In this document: positions 39,888 to 54,817 of the stretch, one piece after another
How positions within the stretch are numbered: position 1 is the first letter of the stretch
Layout of the letters: every line of letters begins with the position of its first letter
NCBI RefSeq assembly: GCF_039654945.1
Contig: NW_027361875.1
Location: 1 to 64,000 of the forward strand
From: Dendrobates tinctorius
Lineage: Eukaryota
Direction of reading: 5' to 3'
Length of the DNA: 64,000 bases
Notes under the pieces: generated by a model
The model's database searches: none
What the model saw: only the letters and a program-made list of their open reading frames with translations
What the model was told of the DNA's origin: nothing
Translations under genes and position numbers: made by a program

Positions 39888-40672
39888 TACTATATAATTA
39901 CCTCCACAGCCTTGCACATACTATGATGTCCCCCACAAATTATTATTGCCCACAGCCCCCCCAAAGAGTATAATGGCCACTACAGCCCCCAAATAGTATG
40001 ATGGTTGCTACAGACCCTTATACACAGTATGATGGTCCACATAGTCCCCCACACAGTCTGATCACCCGCACAGCCCTCCACACAATATGATGCCTCCCAC
40101 AGGGTATTATAGCCCCACTTATTCACCCAACACACACAAGTAAATAATAGTAAAGTAAAATCACTACTCACCTTGCCTCCATCTCCACAGCATGCTAGTT
40201 CAGTGTTTGCTCTTTCATACTGAGGCTCCACAGCAGGCGCGTTCCAGTGACGTCATTGCGCCTGGTGCAAAGAGACGATCAGTCACACAGGCCGAATCGT
40301 GGAAGACAGAGAAAACGGCTCCCTCCTCCACCATTGTATTAATATTAACTGGTATCTGCATCCAGAGGAAAATTGGAACGTTGGAAGTGTGGAGGGCGGT
40401 TGTGGCGTGCAGTCCACTTTTGCTGTCCCTGTCCATGGGCCAGATAGGACCATAGAAAGGGGTGTAGTTTGCCCAAGTCTGAGATAAAGGCAAGCAAATA
40501 GACTGGTCATAAGCAGTCTCTTTCAATGCCGTTGGAAGTGGTCATAAGCCACATCCATGCCGTTTTTTTACGGAATGAATAGGAATCCCCTAATAAAGTG
40601 ATTTTCAAAGTTTAATAACTTTTCATGATTTGCAGAATTATGAAAAAAAAAAAAAGTTTAGTTACTCCTGAA

Positions 40673-41105
40673 AGGGAATCTGTCAGCAGGTTTTTGCTAT
40701 GTAAGCTGAAGACAGCAGGTGGTATGGGTTAACACACAGATTTAAAGGATGCCTCTCTTATCAAGCTCAGGTTTTCTTGTTTACAATGATTGTATTAGCA
40801 CCAGGACTTTATCATTGTTGGGACTATCATGAGTTCTGGTCTGACATGCCCCTTCCTTTGATAGGCACCTCACTGTCTATGAACTTTGTACATGGAGAGC
40901 CTGGTGTGGGTGGGGTTAGATGTAATGTGGGTGTGGTTAGCTGTGGTATGGGCAGGGTTAGCTTTCTCAGCTCTGCTTCATGCTAAATCTAAAAGCTCTG
41001 ATTGTGTCAGAATGGCTGCACTCAGTAATCTAAGTGATACATCACTGGATTCAGCTTCTGTTCTGCTCTCAGATAAGGTATCAAAAACCTGCTGACAGAT
41101 TCCCT
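40673..41105. mobile_element. T2-like MITE
   Basis: AGGGAATCTGTCAGCAGGTTTT / AAAACCTGCTGACAGATTCCCT-TTAA. Confidence 0.85.
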
Positions 41106-41696
41106 TTAAGATGAGAGGACCCGATGATGCTACCTGTACACTGTAGACATGCATTATCTGGGCTAATTCATTTCATGACGACAGATATAATCCAAGAACG
41201 CTGTCTTCAGGTTGTCTGGAATGTATCTGCTTGAAGCTGACAGGTTTGTAGTGTTAACACTTCCCACATCGTGCTGGCACACCCACGGTATCGTCACCGC
41301 GTCCTTTTACAGTAAATGCCACACAAAATCATAATAGCTGCCAGGACGAGAATTGCCTATAGGCACAAATACTCTCAATGGTGGATCATCCAACGCTGTG
41401 ACAATGTGCCAGGTCTACAGTGGATAGTGACAGATAAGCCAGAAAAGGCATTTTATTAATAGCAAAAAGTTCTACCAACCGCTTCCCATGAATTACTCGC
41501 AGGAGTTTTCTTGGGAGCTAAACGAAAAACTAATTCTGCAATTACTGTTTCAGAGATAAGTAAGTATCCATTAGGATGTGCTCCATGAACTGTGAAGTAT
41601 GTCCCAATAGTCTAATCAAGACATTAACAAAGGGCAAACCTCAGAGGTTATCTGCTCCAGCATCTGCACTTTCCTTCCTTCAATCATATGGTCTTA

Positions 41697-42251
41697 GGGC
41701 CCGTCACACATAGCGACTCACCAGCGATCCTGACAACGATATCGTTGTCAAACAGACAGCTTCACCACTTCAACAGCGATCAGCACCAGTGACGCCGAGC
41801 GAGCTGCGTCGCTGTGTACTTTAGTTACCAGCGCGCTGGTGCAGGGAGCTGGTAACTAAGGTACACATCGGGTTTCTAAGCGGCGCGTGTCACTTAGAAA
41901 CCCGATGTGTACCTTGGTTACCAGCTCCCTGCACCAGCGTGCTGGTAACTAAGGTACACATCGGGTTTCTAGGCACAGCGCGCCCCCTTTGAAACCCGAT
42001 GTGTACCTTAGTTACCAGCTCCTGGTCGCTGGTCTCCCGCCTGTCACACGCAGCGATGCGTGATGACCAGCGGGAGACCAGAGACCCCAAAAATGTCCAG
42101 GGCTTTCCATCAACAATCAGCGATACCGGCAGGGGGCTGGTCGCTGATCGCTGTCACACACACACATCTCGCTGGTGAGATCGCTGTTGCTCACAAAACT
42201 AGTGACTCTGCTGCGATCTCGCTAGCGAGATCGATATGTGTGACGGGGTCC
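41697..42251. mobile_element. Harbinger-type MITE, same family as 14087-14706
   Basis: TIR GGGCCCGTCACAC, TTA duplication, and the same internal inverted repeats. Confidence 0.85.
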
Positions 42252-42365
42252 TTAGTTTAGAGACAGCTTTCTTTCTTTTAGAGTGGTTTCACACACCCAC
42301 CATGTGATATATTTGCTGTGGTTTATTTTTCTGCAGTCAAAAAAACTGTGATGCTATAAAAAAAA

Positions 42366-42412
<47 letters not shown>

Positions 42413-42413
<1 letters not shown>

Positions 42414-43223
42414 TTCAAACCACATATCCAAGCCCTCGCCTCCTCCTGCCGCCTGAAACTCAAAAATATTTCCCGGATCCGTACATTCCTCAACCATGAA
42501 ACCACAAAAACACTAGTGCATGCTCTTATCTCCGGCCTCGACTACTGCAACCTCCTACTCTCTGGCCTCCCCTCCAGCACTCTGGCACCACTCCTGTCTA
42601 TCCTACACTCTGCTGCCCGACTAATCCATCTGTCTCTCCGCTAATCCCCTGCCTCCCCCCTATGCCAGGCCCTTCACTGGCTTCCTATTGCCCAGTGGCT
42701 CCAATTCAAAACCCTAACCATGACATACAAAGCCATCTACAACCTGTCTCCTCCATACATCTGTAACATGGTCTCCCGGTACCTACCCGCACGCAACCTT
42801 CGATCCTCACAAGATCTCCTTCTCTACTCTCCCCCTTATCTCTTCTTCCCACAATCGCATACAAGACTTCTCCCGTGCTTCCCCCATACTCTGGAACTCT
42901 CTGCCTCAACACATCAGACTCTCACCAACAACGGAAACCTTCAAGAATTTACCTGAAGACCCACCTGTACCGACAAGCCTACAGCCTGCAATGATCCTCA
43001 GTCTACTGAACCACCGCACGACCTGCTCTACCCTCTCCTACTGTATCCTCACTCATCCCTGTAGACTGTCAGCCCTCACGGACAGGGTCCCCTCTCCTTA
43101 TGTACTTGTGTGTGTCCCTTGTCTTGCACATGTTTATTGTACTTGTCTATATATGCCCCTTTTTCACATGTAAAGCGCCATGGAATAAATGGCGCTATAT
43201 AAATGCATAATAATAATAATAAT
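42413..43223 (+). mobile_element. L2 LINE 3' end
   Basis: LVHALISGLDYCN-like RT C-terminus, followed by 3' tail TGTAAAGCGCCATGGAATAAATGGCGCT and (TAA)n. Confidence 0.85.
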
Positions 43224-44489
43224 ATATACACTGTATATTATATATACACACACACAGCAAACAGTGGACAGCCCCTAATATTGGATCTAATTTAAGCATG
43301 CAGCAATTTTTTTCTTTGGACATGTTCACGGCCCCATAAAATAACACTGGTCCAAGTGCGATCCAATGTTTTGTTGGGTCACATTTGGAATAAAAAATAT
43401 GGTGATATGCATGAGCCCTAAAAGTAAAGCAACAGAAAACCTCCTGCAATCATGGAAGCATTAGCAGGGAGGTATTAGTAATCAAATAGGTCCCAGGATA
43501 ATGAACAAGTATATTTTATTTTAGTCTATCCTATTCAGTTAATTGTACAAATACATAAAACTCTTTTTGTTAAATGAGTAGCCTTATCTTATTAAAATGC
43601 GAAAATTGCAAAGTACTTGTAAAGATAAGCAAGTTTTCAATTTACCTCCAATTATACTTCTCACTCTTCAAGAACTGAGGGATTTTTAAATCTGCAGTGT
43701 ACAGCTTGCTGTAAAGGTTCCCCGGCTATCTCAGAGGTGGTCGGTTTCCTAGGCAAGGAGTACGTTGTTGCAAGCTCTTTGCTATAGAGCTTTGAAGTGC
43801 TGCTCTGAGGCAGGATGGATCCCTGGATCTGCCTAACCTCAGTGCTTCTGTGCTTCTCCCATGCTCCAGAGGCAAAGATTTTTCTGGGAGAAGCTGGATT
43901 TTCCATTTGAAGTCATCTTAACATGTTTTCTGTCATGGAATGATGGCAGAGGACGAGCAAGGAATGACCAATAATGGAGCTATTTTAGAAGAACGCCATA
44001 AAGCTCCTGTGTAATTAAGCATGCAATTCCTTCCCGCTTTGATAACTACTCTAATTTTTAAGGGTCTAATTTATACAAAATTGTCTTATAAGTTATCAAG
44101 TCTAATTATTTGAATGGGTGCCGCTGCCTTATTTATGAAGGTTCTTATTTCCTTCTTCCCATTGTGATGGAATAGTTGTCTCCCTCATAACAGGGAGAAT
44201 GAATAAAAACTAGTGATGAGCGTACGTGCTTGGATAAAGTGTTATCTGAGCATGCTCGTGTGCTAACCGAGTATCTTCAGCGTGCTTGAATACTATGTTT
44301 GAGTTTCCACGGCTGCATGTCTCGCCGCTGTTCGACAGCCTCAACGCATGCAGTGATTTCCTGTTTATTGAGCAATCCCTGCATGTGTTGTGGCCAGTGT
44401 CGGACTGGAGCACCTTGGGCCCACCAGAGAAAATAATTCTTGTGGCTCACTATATAGCTACATAGAAATAAATACAAGACCACCAATTG

Positions 44490-45040
44490 TGCGGTAAAAC
44501 ACGCTAATACCAGGGTATAATATAAGATAAAAGGAAAAAAAAATCCAATCTGATGCCGGCGCTCCCGAAAAAAGTATAATGTGAGAGATCGGCTTACTTA
44601 AAAAAAAAATTAAAAATTTTTTATTCTGAAGTAAAGCAGTAAAAACAACAACACGTTTCGGCTTAAAAAAAGCCTTCATCAGGTAGGCCGAAACGTGTTG
44701 TTGTTTTCACTGCTACACTTCAGAATAAAAATTTTAAAAAATTTTTTTTAAGTAAGCCAATCTCTCACATTATACTTTTTTAGGGAGCGCCGGTATCAGA
44801 CTGGATTTTTTTTTCTTTTATCTTATACCTGCGGACGACTGAGGATCACCCCATTGACCAAGAGCCGTGCAGCATACGGAGTAATTAGGACCTCGGTTTG
44901 GGACATTCCCCCAGGGCCAATACGCTGTTCCTTCAACCCTCAATTTGGTGAGTGTATCAGCTTTGTATTTTCATTTGTGACATTTTTAATATTGCACTTA
45001 GATCCTGCGCTGTGCTGTCCCTTTTATATTCCCTATCCTC
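44490..45040. mobile_element. Penelope-like element remnant with inverted pseudo-LTR
   Basis: Arms 44521-44662 and 44687-44827 are inverted, with a hammerhead core at the apex. GTGAGT donor near 44948. Outer boundaries approximate. Confidence 0.65.
44646..44686 (-). ncRNA. Minimal type-I hammerhead ribozyme motif
   Basis: Minus strand reads CUGAUGA-A-GGCU-UUUUUUA-AGCC-GAAAC-GUGUU-G. Confidence 0.65.
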
Positions 45041-47680
45041 AGGGTACTATATGAAAAGGGTATAATATAAGGTAGTACGTCTTAATTATGTAGCAGGGGT
45101 TGGGGTAGAATCATAGAATCATAGAGGGGTAGCCCCCTCATAGAATATAATGCAGCCCCCTCTCATAGAATATAATGCAGCACCCCACAAAATATAATGC
45201 AACCCCATAATAAGGTATAATGCATTCCCCACCATAGAATATAGCACCCTCATAGTGTATAATGCAGTCCCCCTCATATAGTATAATGCAGCCCCACTAC
45301 CGAATATAATGCAGCCCTCCATAGAGTATACTGTAGCCCCCTCATAGGGCATAATGCTGCCCACTGAAAAAGTAATTTAGTCACCTGAGAATAATGCAGC
45401 CCCACCACAGAATATAATGTTGCCTCCTCATAAAGTATAATGCAGCCTCTCCCCACCACATCATCGTCCTCATCACCACCTCCATTGCCTTCTCCCCCAC
45501 CACCCCTATCATTCTCCCCACCACCCCCATCACTGCTCATTCCACCACCTCAATCATTGCCTCCTCCCCCACCACCATCATTGTCCATTTCATCACCTCC
45601 ATCATTGCCTCCCCCACCATCATTGCCCATCACCTCCATCATTGCCTCCCCCACCAGCATTGCTGCCCCCCACCATCATTGCCCATCACCTCCATCATTG
45701 CCTCCCCCACCATTATTGCCCATCACCTCCATCATTGCCTCCACCCACCATCATTGTCCATCACTTCCATCATTGCTTCCCCCACCACCATCATTGTCCA
45801 TCACCTCCATCATTGCCTCTCCCCACCAATATCATTGTCCTTCCACACCACCCCTCTCTCACACACACAGAAAGCACCGCATCACTCTCTCACACTCAAA
45901 GCACCGCACCACATACACACGCAGACACACAGACACATAGCACAGCTCACCTCCCCGCAGCACATCCCGGCAGCCTCTTCCTCGCCGGCAGCTTTCTGTC
46001 TGAGACAGCGCGCTGGATGATGACATCATCCAGCTGGGCTGTCTCAGACAGGAAGCGCTGGGCAGGAAGCCGGGATGTGCTGTGCCGTGTGTGTGTATGT
46101 GGTGCGGTGCTTTGTGTGTGTGTGTTGTGTGGTGATGGGGCTTTACAAGCGGGTATTGTTAGCTGCAGCCTGCTGCTATCGCTGCCCGCTATTAAAGAGA
46201 AATGGTATTCACGCCTCTCCACACCCATAGGGGCGTGGGGAAGCGTGAATATTCTTTTCGCTTTAGCAGCGGGGACAGGATCCTGTCTCCAGCTGCTGCT
46301 ACGCTGGCACAGGGCAGGCCCCCTTGACTCAGGGGCCCCATAGCCACTGGCTGGGGGCCCCTGGAGCAGTGGGGGCCCTTGGAGCCGGGGGGGCCCTAGG
46401 CAGCTGCTAGCCAGTATGCCAGCAGGTGTAAGTGTCTGGGCCCACCGGAGGGTCCTCCGGTTCCTCGGTGGGCCAATCCAAGCCTGGTTTCTGCTGTCGA
46501 ATAGCCGTGAGACATGTAGCTGCAGGGACTCGAACATATTATTCAAGCACACTGAAGACACTCGGTTAGCACACGAGCATGCTTAGATAACACCATATCC
46601 CAGCACGTTCGCTCATCACTAAGAAGAACCTTATCATAAGGTGATGTGTATCCACTGAAATACTTAGGTAATGTACCAATTTAAACTTTAAAAATTAGGG
46701 CAAGTATATATCTTCTCATTTGATCATCTAACCAGTGTGTGGCCACCTTGTGGGATGAGTGATGTGGAGGTGAACCATTTATCCACTAGGTCATTTCCTC
46801 TTACTGTTTTGAGGACAATCGATTTAAATATTTGTCAAGTTCAGGTCTCTTTTACACCGGTTGATGAGCAATGATGGGGACAGAACAATTGCTAATAAAA
46901 CTGTCCTTCCATATACAGTATCATGGATACATGGTACCAGAGTCAGAATGGCCCATGGGGAAATATGTGAATCCCCTCATGGAACCCTGTGCAGGAGTAA
47001 GACACTTAACCCCTAAATGGCCCAATACATTTACTTGACTCTGCATAGATATCGTCATTCATTCAATAAACCAACCAGTTTATTAATTAAATGCAGAGGT
47101 AGAATTGTGAATTGGAGCAATGTAATATTTGCATGTAACTGAACTCTGGGCCCCCAGAGTAAATATTACTGGTGGGCTCCTTCAAGGCCAGTCCGACACT
47201 ACACAGAGCAATTTGCTGCTGATACCAGGGTAGTACGAGCGTCATTTGTATTCCTCGTCCGTAGAAAAATGTTAAAAATAAGTTTCACCTCCTTCTCCAT
47301 TCTGACAGTCCATAAAAATCAGTCTGCACTAAGATGCCTTCCGAACGCCGTCCGATTTTTTTCACCGACTCATTGACTTGCACTGTCGATTTTAATTCAA
47401 CCCTCGGATCAAAATCAGCTATATCTCCAATATTTCCCGCGGACTTCTCGGGCAGAGAAAAAAAAGGACATGTGCACAGCCCTATACACTATCTATCATA
47501 GGTACAAGTACTATTTGTGAAAACCGCACATAGCACTTGTACGTGATTACCAGACATATGAATGAGCCCTAACAAGGATTTTTGGGGGGGCTGACAATTC
47601 AAACACCTGAGGAACAAAATGGCATGTATACATAGGAGGATAAATCGGGAATGAGTGTTCTTATTTTTGACGATTATCTA

Positions 47681-49579
<1,899 letters not shown>

Positions 49580-50238
49580 TATTTGTCTGAATGCATCATA
49601 ACTTATCGGTCAACTGGGTATTAAGTTAGAGTCTGATTTGGGCTCTATTTGGAGTGTCAGCTACTATTATGAGAAAGTGACTTCAATGATGTAAGTCCAT
49701 AACTACAGCTGCGCCCCACATCATTGCTGTGCCCTATTTCTTTGGTAATTACAGAACTGGTATTTAGTTATAGCTAGCCAAAGATAACCTCATATAGAAT
49801 GTACACACAGAGTTTATTACTTATATCCATGTTAAAGAACGACATTGCTAAGTATAGCTTAGATGAAATAAGCTGTAACACACCAGGTGTGGTGAGCAGT
49901 GAAATGACCTGGAACTTATATGTGGATGCATCATCAGGACTCTTGTGTTCAATCCTTGTGGGAATCGTGCGTTATCACAGCGTCGTCCAAATTTAGAAAT
50001 ATTTCTAGAACCGCTAAAGGGCTTTGCAAGTGTTCCCAGTATGTCAGGGCCTTCAGCCACATGGCATATTGGGGTCACTGCTGGTTTCCACCACTTCTAT
50101 CCTTAATTGGGTGCAGAGGAGTGAACCATGTCTGTTAGAGCGATTTCCTTATATTATTTACATGGATTCAGTTTAGCAAAAAATAGGGCATTACAGGAAT
50201 AGGCAAGTGAATATGAGTGTTTAGTGCATCCTGTGGTA

Positions 50239-51852
50239 CAGTCATATGTAAAAGTTTGGGCACCCCTATTAATGTTAACCTTTTTTCTTTATAACAATTT
50301 TGGTTTTTGCAACAGCTATTTCAGTTTCATATATCTAATAACTGATGGACTCAGTTATATTTCTGGATTCAAATGAGGTTTATTGTACTAACAGAAAATG
50401 TGCAATCTGCATTTAAACAAAATTTGACCGGTGCAAAAGTATGGGCACCCTTATCATTTTCTTGATTTGAACACTCCTAACTACTTTTTACTGACTTCCT
50501 GAAGCACTAAGTTGGTTTTGTAACCTCATTGAGCTTTGAACATCATAGCCAGGTGTATCAAATCATGAGAAAAGGTATTTAAGGTGGCCACTTGCAAGTA
50601 GTTCTCCTATTTGATTCTCCTATGAAGAGTGGCATCATGGGCTCCTCAAAACAACTCTCAAATGATCTGAAAACAAAGATTATTCAACATAGCTTTTCAG
50701 GGGAAGGATACAAAAAGTTGTCTCAGAGATTTAACCTGTCAGTTTCCACTGTGAGGAACATAGTAAGGAAATGGAAGAACACAGGTACAGTTCTTGTTAA
50801 GCCCAGAAGTGGCAGACCAAGAAAAATATCAGAAAGGCAGAGAAGAAGAATGGTGAGAACAGTCAAGGACAATCCACAGACCACCTCCAAAGACCTGCAG
50901 CATCATCTTGCTGCAGATGGTGTCACTGTGCATCGGTCAACAATACAGCGCACTTTGCACAAGGAGAAGCTGTATGGGAGAGTGATGCGAAAGAAGCCGT
51001 TTCTGCAAGCACGCCACAAACAGTCGCCTGAGGTATGCAAAAGCACATTTGGACAAGCCAGTTACATTTTGGAAGAAGGTCCTGTGGACTGATGAAACAA
51101 AGATTGAGTTGTTTGGTCATACAAAAAGGAGTTATGCATGCGCTGTATTGTTGACTGATGCACAGTGACACCATCTGCAGCAAGATGATGCTGCAGGTCT
51201 TCGGAGGTGGTCTGTGGATTGTCCTTGACTATTCTCACCATTCTTCTTCTCTGCCTTTCTGATATTTTTCTTGGCCTGCCACTTCTGGGCTTAACAAGAA
51301 CTGTACCTGTGTTCTTCCATTTCCTTACTATGTTCCTCACAGTGGAAACTGACAGGTTAAATCTCTGAGACAACTTTTTGTATCCTTCCCCTGAAAAGCT
51401 ATGTTGAATAATCTTTGTTTTCAGATCATTTGAGAGTTGTTTTGAGGAGCCCATGATGCCACTCTTCATAGGAGAATCAAATAGGAGAACTACTTGCAAG
51501 TGGCCACTTTAAAAACCTTTTCTCATGATTTGATACACCTGGCTATGAAGTTCAAAGCTCAATGAGGTTACAAAACCAATTTAGTTCTTCAGGAAGTCAG
51601 TAAAAAGTAGTTAGGAGTGTTCAAATCAAGAAAATGATAAGGGTGCCCATACTTTTGCACCGGTCAAATTTTGTTTAAATGCAGATTGCACATTTTCTGT
51701 TAGCACAATAAACCTCATTTGAATCCAGAAATATAACTGAGTTCATCAGTTATTAGATATATGAAACTGAAATAGCTGTTGCAAAAACCAAAATTGTTAT
51801 AAAGAAAAAAGGTTAACATTAATAGGGGTGCCCAAACTTTTACATATGACTG
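50239..51852. mobile_element. Palindromic Tc1 derivative made of two inverted 5' halves
   Basis: TA flanks. Arms 50239-50952 and 51139-51852 are 714 bp each. ORFs 50592..51092(+) and 51062..51499(-) share their N-terminal sequence almost exactly. Confidence 0.95.
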
Positions 51853-51933
51853 TATAAGAATAAATAATATTGCATTTTATAATAAAATTTCACAGTAATG
51901 ACTATAATAAGTGCATCACTTAACATACACATA

Positions 51934-53501
51934 CACTGTGTTCCAAATTATTATGCAAATTGGATTTAAGTGTCATAAAGATGTAATTTTTTGTTTTTCA
52001 AATAAACTCATAGATGGCATTGTGTATCAGGGCTCTTTGGATCACTGAAATCAATCTCAAACGCCTGTGATAATTAGTTTACAAGATGAGCTCAATTAAA
52101 GGAAAACTACTTAAGAATGATGTTCCACATTATTAAGCAGGGCACAGGTTTCAAGGAATTTAGGAAATAAAACGGATCTCTCTGCTGCTGAAAAGCATCA
52201 AATAGTGCAATGCCTTGGTCAAGAGATGAAAATACTAGATATTTCCCAAAAACTTAAACGTGATCATCGTACTGTTAAGAGATTTGTGGTTGATTCTGAG
52301 CACAGACATGTTTGTGCTGATAAAGGCAGAATGAGGAAGGTTTCTGCCAGGCAAGTTCATCGGATTAAGAGAGTGACTGCTAAAAAGCCATTACAAACCA
52401 GCAAACAGATATTTAAAGCTGCTGGTGCCTCTGGATTCCCTCAAACCTCAAGGTGTAGGATCCTTCAAAGGCTTGCTGTGGTGCATAAACCTACTATTCG
52501 GCCACTCCTAAACAGTGCTCACAAGCAGAAATGGTTGCAGTGGGCCCAGACATACATGAAGACTAATTTTCAAACAGTCTTGTTTACTGATGAGTGTCGA
52601 GCAACCCTGGATGGTCCAGATGGATGGAGTAGTGGATGGTTGGTGGATGGCCACTATGTCCCAACAAGGCTGCGACGTCAGCAAGGAGGTGGAGTCATGT
52701 TTTGGGCCGGAATCATGGGGAAACAGCTGGTAGGGCTCTTTAAGGTTCCTGAAGGTGTGAAAATGACCTCTGCAAAGTATATAGAGTTTCTGACTGACAG
52801 CTGTCTTCCATGGTATAAAAAGCAGAAATGTGCCTTCAGGAGCAAAATCATCTTCATGCATGACAGTGCACCATCTCATGCTGCAAAGAATACCTCTGAG
52901 TCATTGACTGCTATAGGCATAAAAGGAGATAAACTCATGGTGTGGCCACCATCTTCCCCTGACCTCAACCCTATAGAGAACCTTTGGAGTATCATCAAAC
53001 AAAAGATCTATGAGGGTGGGAGGCAGTTCACATCAAAACAGCCGTTCTGGGAGGCAAATTCTGACTTCATGCAAAGAAATACAAGCAGAAACTCTCCAAA
53101 AACTCACAAGTTCAATGGATGCAAGAATTGTGAAAGTGATATCAAAGAAGGGTTCCTATGTTAACATATAACTTGGCCTGTTAGGATGTTTTGGAGTTAA
53201 ATAGCTTTTTTGTTTGGTGAATGTGACCTCCTAATGCTGCAAATTCCACAAATGAGCATTTTCAGTTCTTTAAAACAAATCAAATGTTTAGAAATTCTAC
53301 TGTGCATAATAATTTGGAACAGTGCAATTTGAGTTTTTATTCATTTTGGAGATTATACTGTTATCATTGGGAGGTTTCTTCAATAAAATTTGATGTATAC
53401 TCTAACGGGTGATGACTTTTATTAGACTGACTGTCATTTGTACTGACTATTTAGGAAAATCATAGAAAAATATAATTTGCATAATAATTTGGAACACAGT
53501 G
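51934..53501 (+). mobile_element. Tc1/mariner DD37E (TRT-like) element
   Basis: 27-bp TIR CACTGTGTTCCAAATTATTATGCAAAT with TA flanks. Confidence 0.92.
52160..53164 (+). pseudogene. DD37E transposase with lost start codon and C-terminal frameshift
   Basis: FTDE, MHDSAPSH and [10 protein letters not shown] motifs, with 37 residues between D and E. No ATG at the expected start. Confidence 0.85.
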
Positions 53502-53518
53502 TAATGTATGTGTGCATA

Positions 53519-54197
53519 TCTAATATATAAAGCTCAAGTGTGTGTGTGTGTGCGCGTGTGTGTGTGTGTGTATGTATGTGTGTGTGTGTCCGGGATTGGC
53601 ATCTGCACCGTCGCAGCTACAGCCACAAAATTTGGCACAGTCACACGTCTGGACCCCGAGAGTGTCCAATTCTATGTGGTGAGGTGAAATTTTAACCCCG
53701 CGCGTTCCAATTCACCAAACAATTTTGCCCCTATCTATATAATGGGGAAAAAGTGTGTGTGTGTATCAAGCCCGCCCCTCATTATGTCATAATGGTTGCC
53801 ATGGCGACGTTGATGTCATCATAGGTTGCAAGCCCCGCCGCTCATTATGATGTCATAATGGTTGACCATGGGATGGAGGATATGTATGACGGGTATATGG
53901 GCACGGGACTATAGGATGGAGGATGTGTGATGGGTACTGGAATATGGGATGGAGGATATGTATGACGGGTATAAGGGCATGGGACTATGGGATGGCAGAT
54001 ATGTATGATGGGTATATGGGCACGGGCCTATGGGATGGTGGATATGTATGATGGGTATATGGGCACGGGCCTATGGGATGGCAGATATGTATGATGGGTA
54101 TATGGGCACGGGACTATGGGATGGAGGATAATTATAATTTGTTAAAACTAACCACAGTTAGTTACTATGCCCGGGCAGCGCCGGGCTCTTCAGCTAG
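53519..54197 (+). mobile_element. Non-autonomous Helitron with internal microsatellite and about 44-bp minisatellite
   Basis: A|TC 5' end, GCCCGG-N6-CCGGGC hairpin at 54169-54186, CTAG|T 3' end. Confidence 0.8.
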
Positions 54198-54817
54198 TAC
54201 TGTATATAACAAAAGAATGCAGCCGCACTCTGCAAGCACCAAGATATAAGCAAACAATGAATATATTAAGATTAGACTGCGTTACTGCAATACAGAATAT
54301 ACATTTAAGATGAAAGTACTTATAGCACAAATTGGCCATTTCATGAGAGCCCACCAGCCGCAACAAAGCGTACTTTTCTTTGATGGAACCCTAAATCTCA
54401 TATTTATCAAATATCTCTCTCCCAGCTAAAAGCCTACAAATGTAAAATGTATGCGTTGTAGAGGCTGGTGGGCACACGTGAATTAGTCAATTTGTGCCTT
54501 CATTTTATAAGTATATTCTATATAGCAATATGTGAATATATACTTTACACTTGTAGTCAACATTATTCTATTCCCATTTCAAATTAGGTTTATTAGCAAA
54601 ATTTACAAGCTTTCTGCAGTTTGCAATTGACCAATTAAATATTAATTGTTCTTATCTTGACACAACATACATATTTTTTTTTTTCAAATTCTGCCCCAAA
54701 TACCACTTTTAATGGCTGCTCCATTCTTGTGATTTCTCATCCCGTTCATGACAAATTTCTTTAGTACTTACTAGAGCTCCTTTGGCTGTTATTACCTGAT
54801 GCAATAGTGATACAGTA

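Larger units (their letters stand above)
44395..46486. mobile_element. Nested non-autonomous (probably hAT) element carrying minisatellites (45120-45850) and an inverted repeat (45870-46140)
   Basis: Ends CAGTGTCGGACTGG / CCAATCCAAGCCTG. Degenerate 8-bp flanks GTTGTGGC and GTTTCTGC. The host palindrome resumes after it. Confidence 0.55.
44211..46621. mobile_element. hAT-type MITE hosting nested insertions
   Basis: TIR TAGTGATGAGCG / CGCTCATCACTA. 8-bp flanks ATAAAAAC and AGAAGAAC match at 6 of 8. Confidence 0.75.

Noticed and set aside
45440-46561. Long Pro/His-rich ORFs (166-233 aa)
   Set aside because: Translations of low-complexity tandem repeats within a non-autonomous element.
54200-54530. 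Inverted segments suggestive of a Penelope-like remnant
   Set aside because: The inverted match (about 54323-54359 vs 54463-54498) is real, but no hammerhead or coding motif was seen, so it is unclassified.
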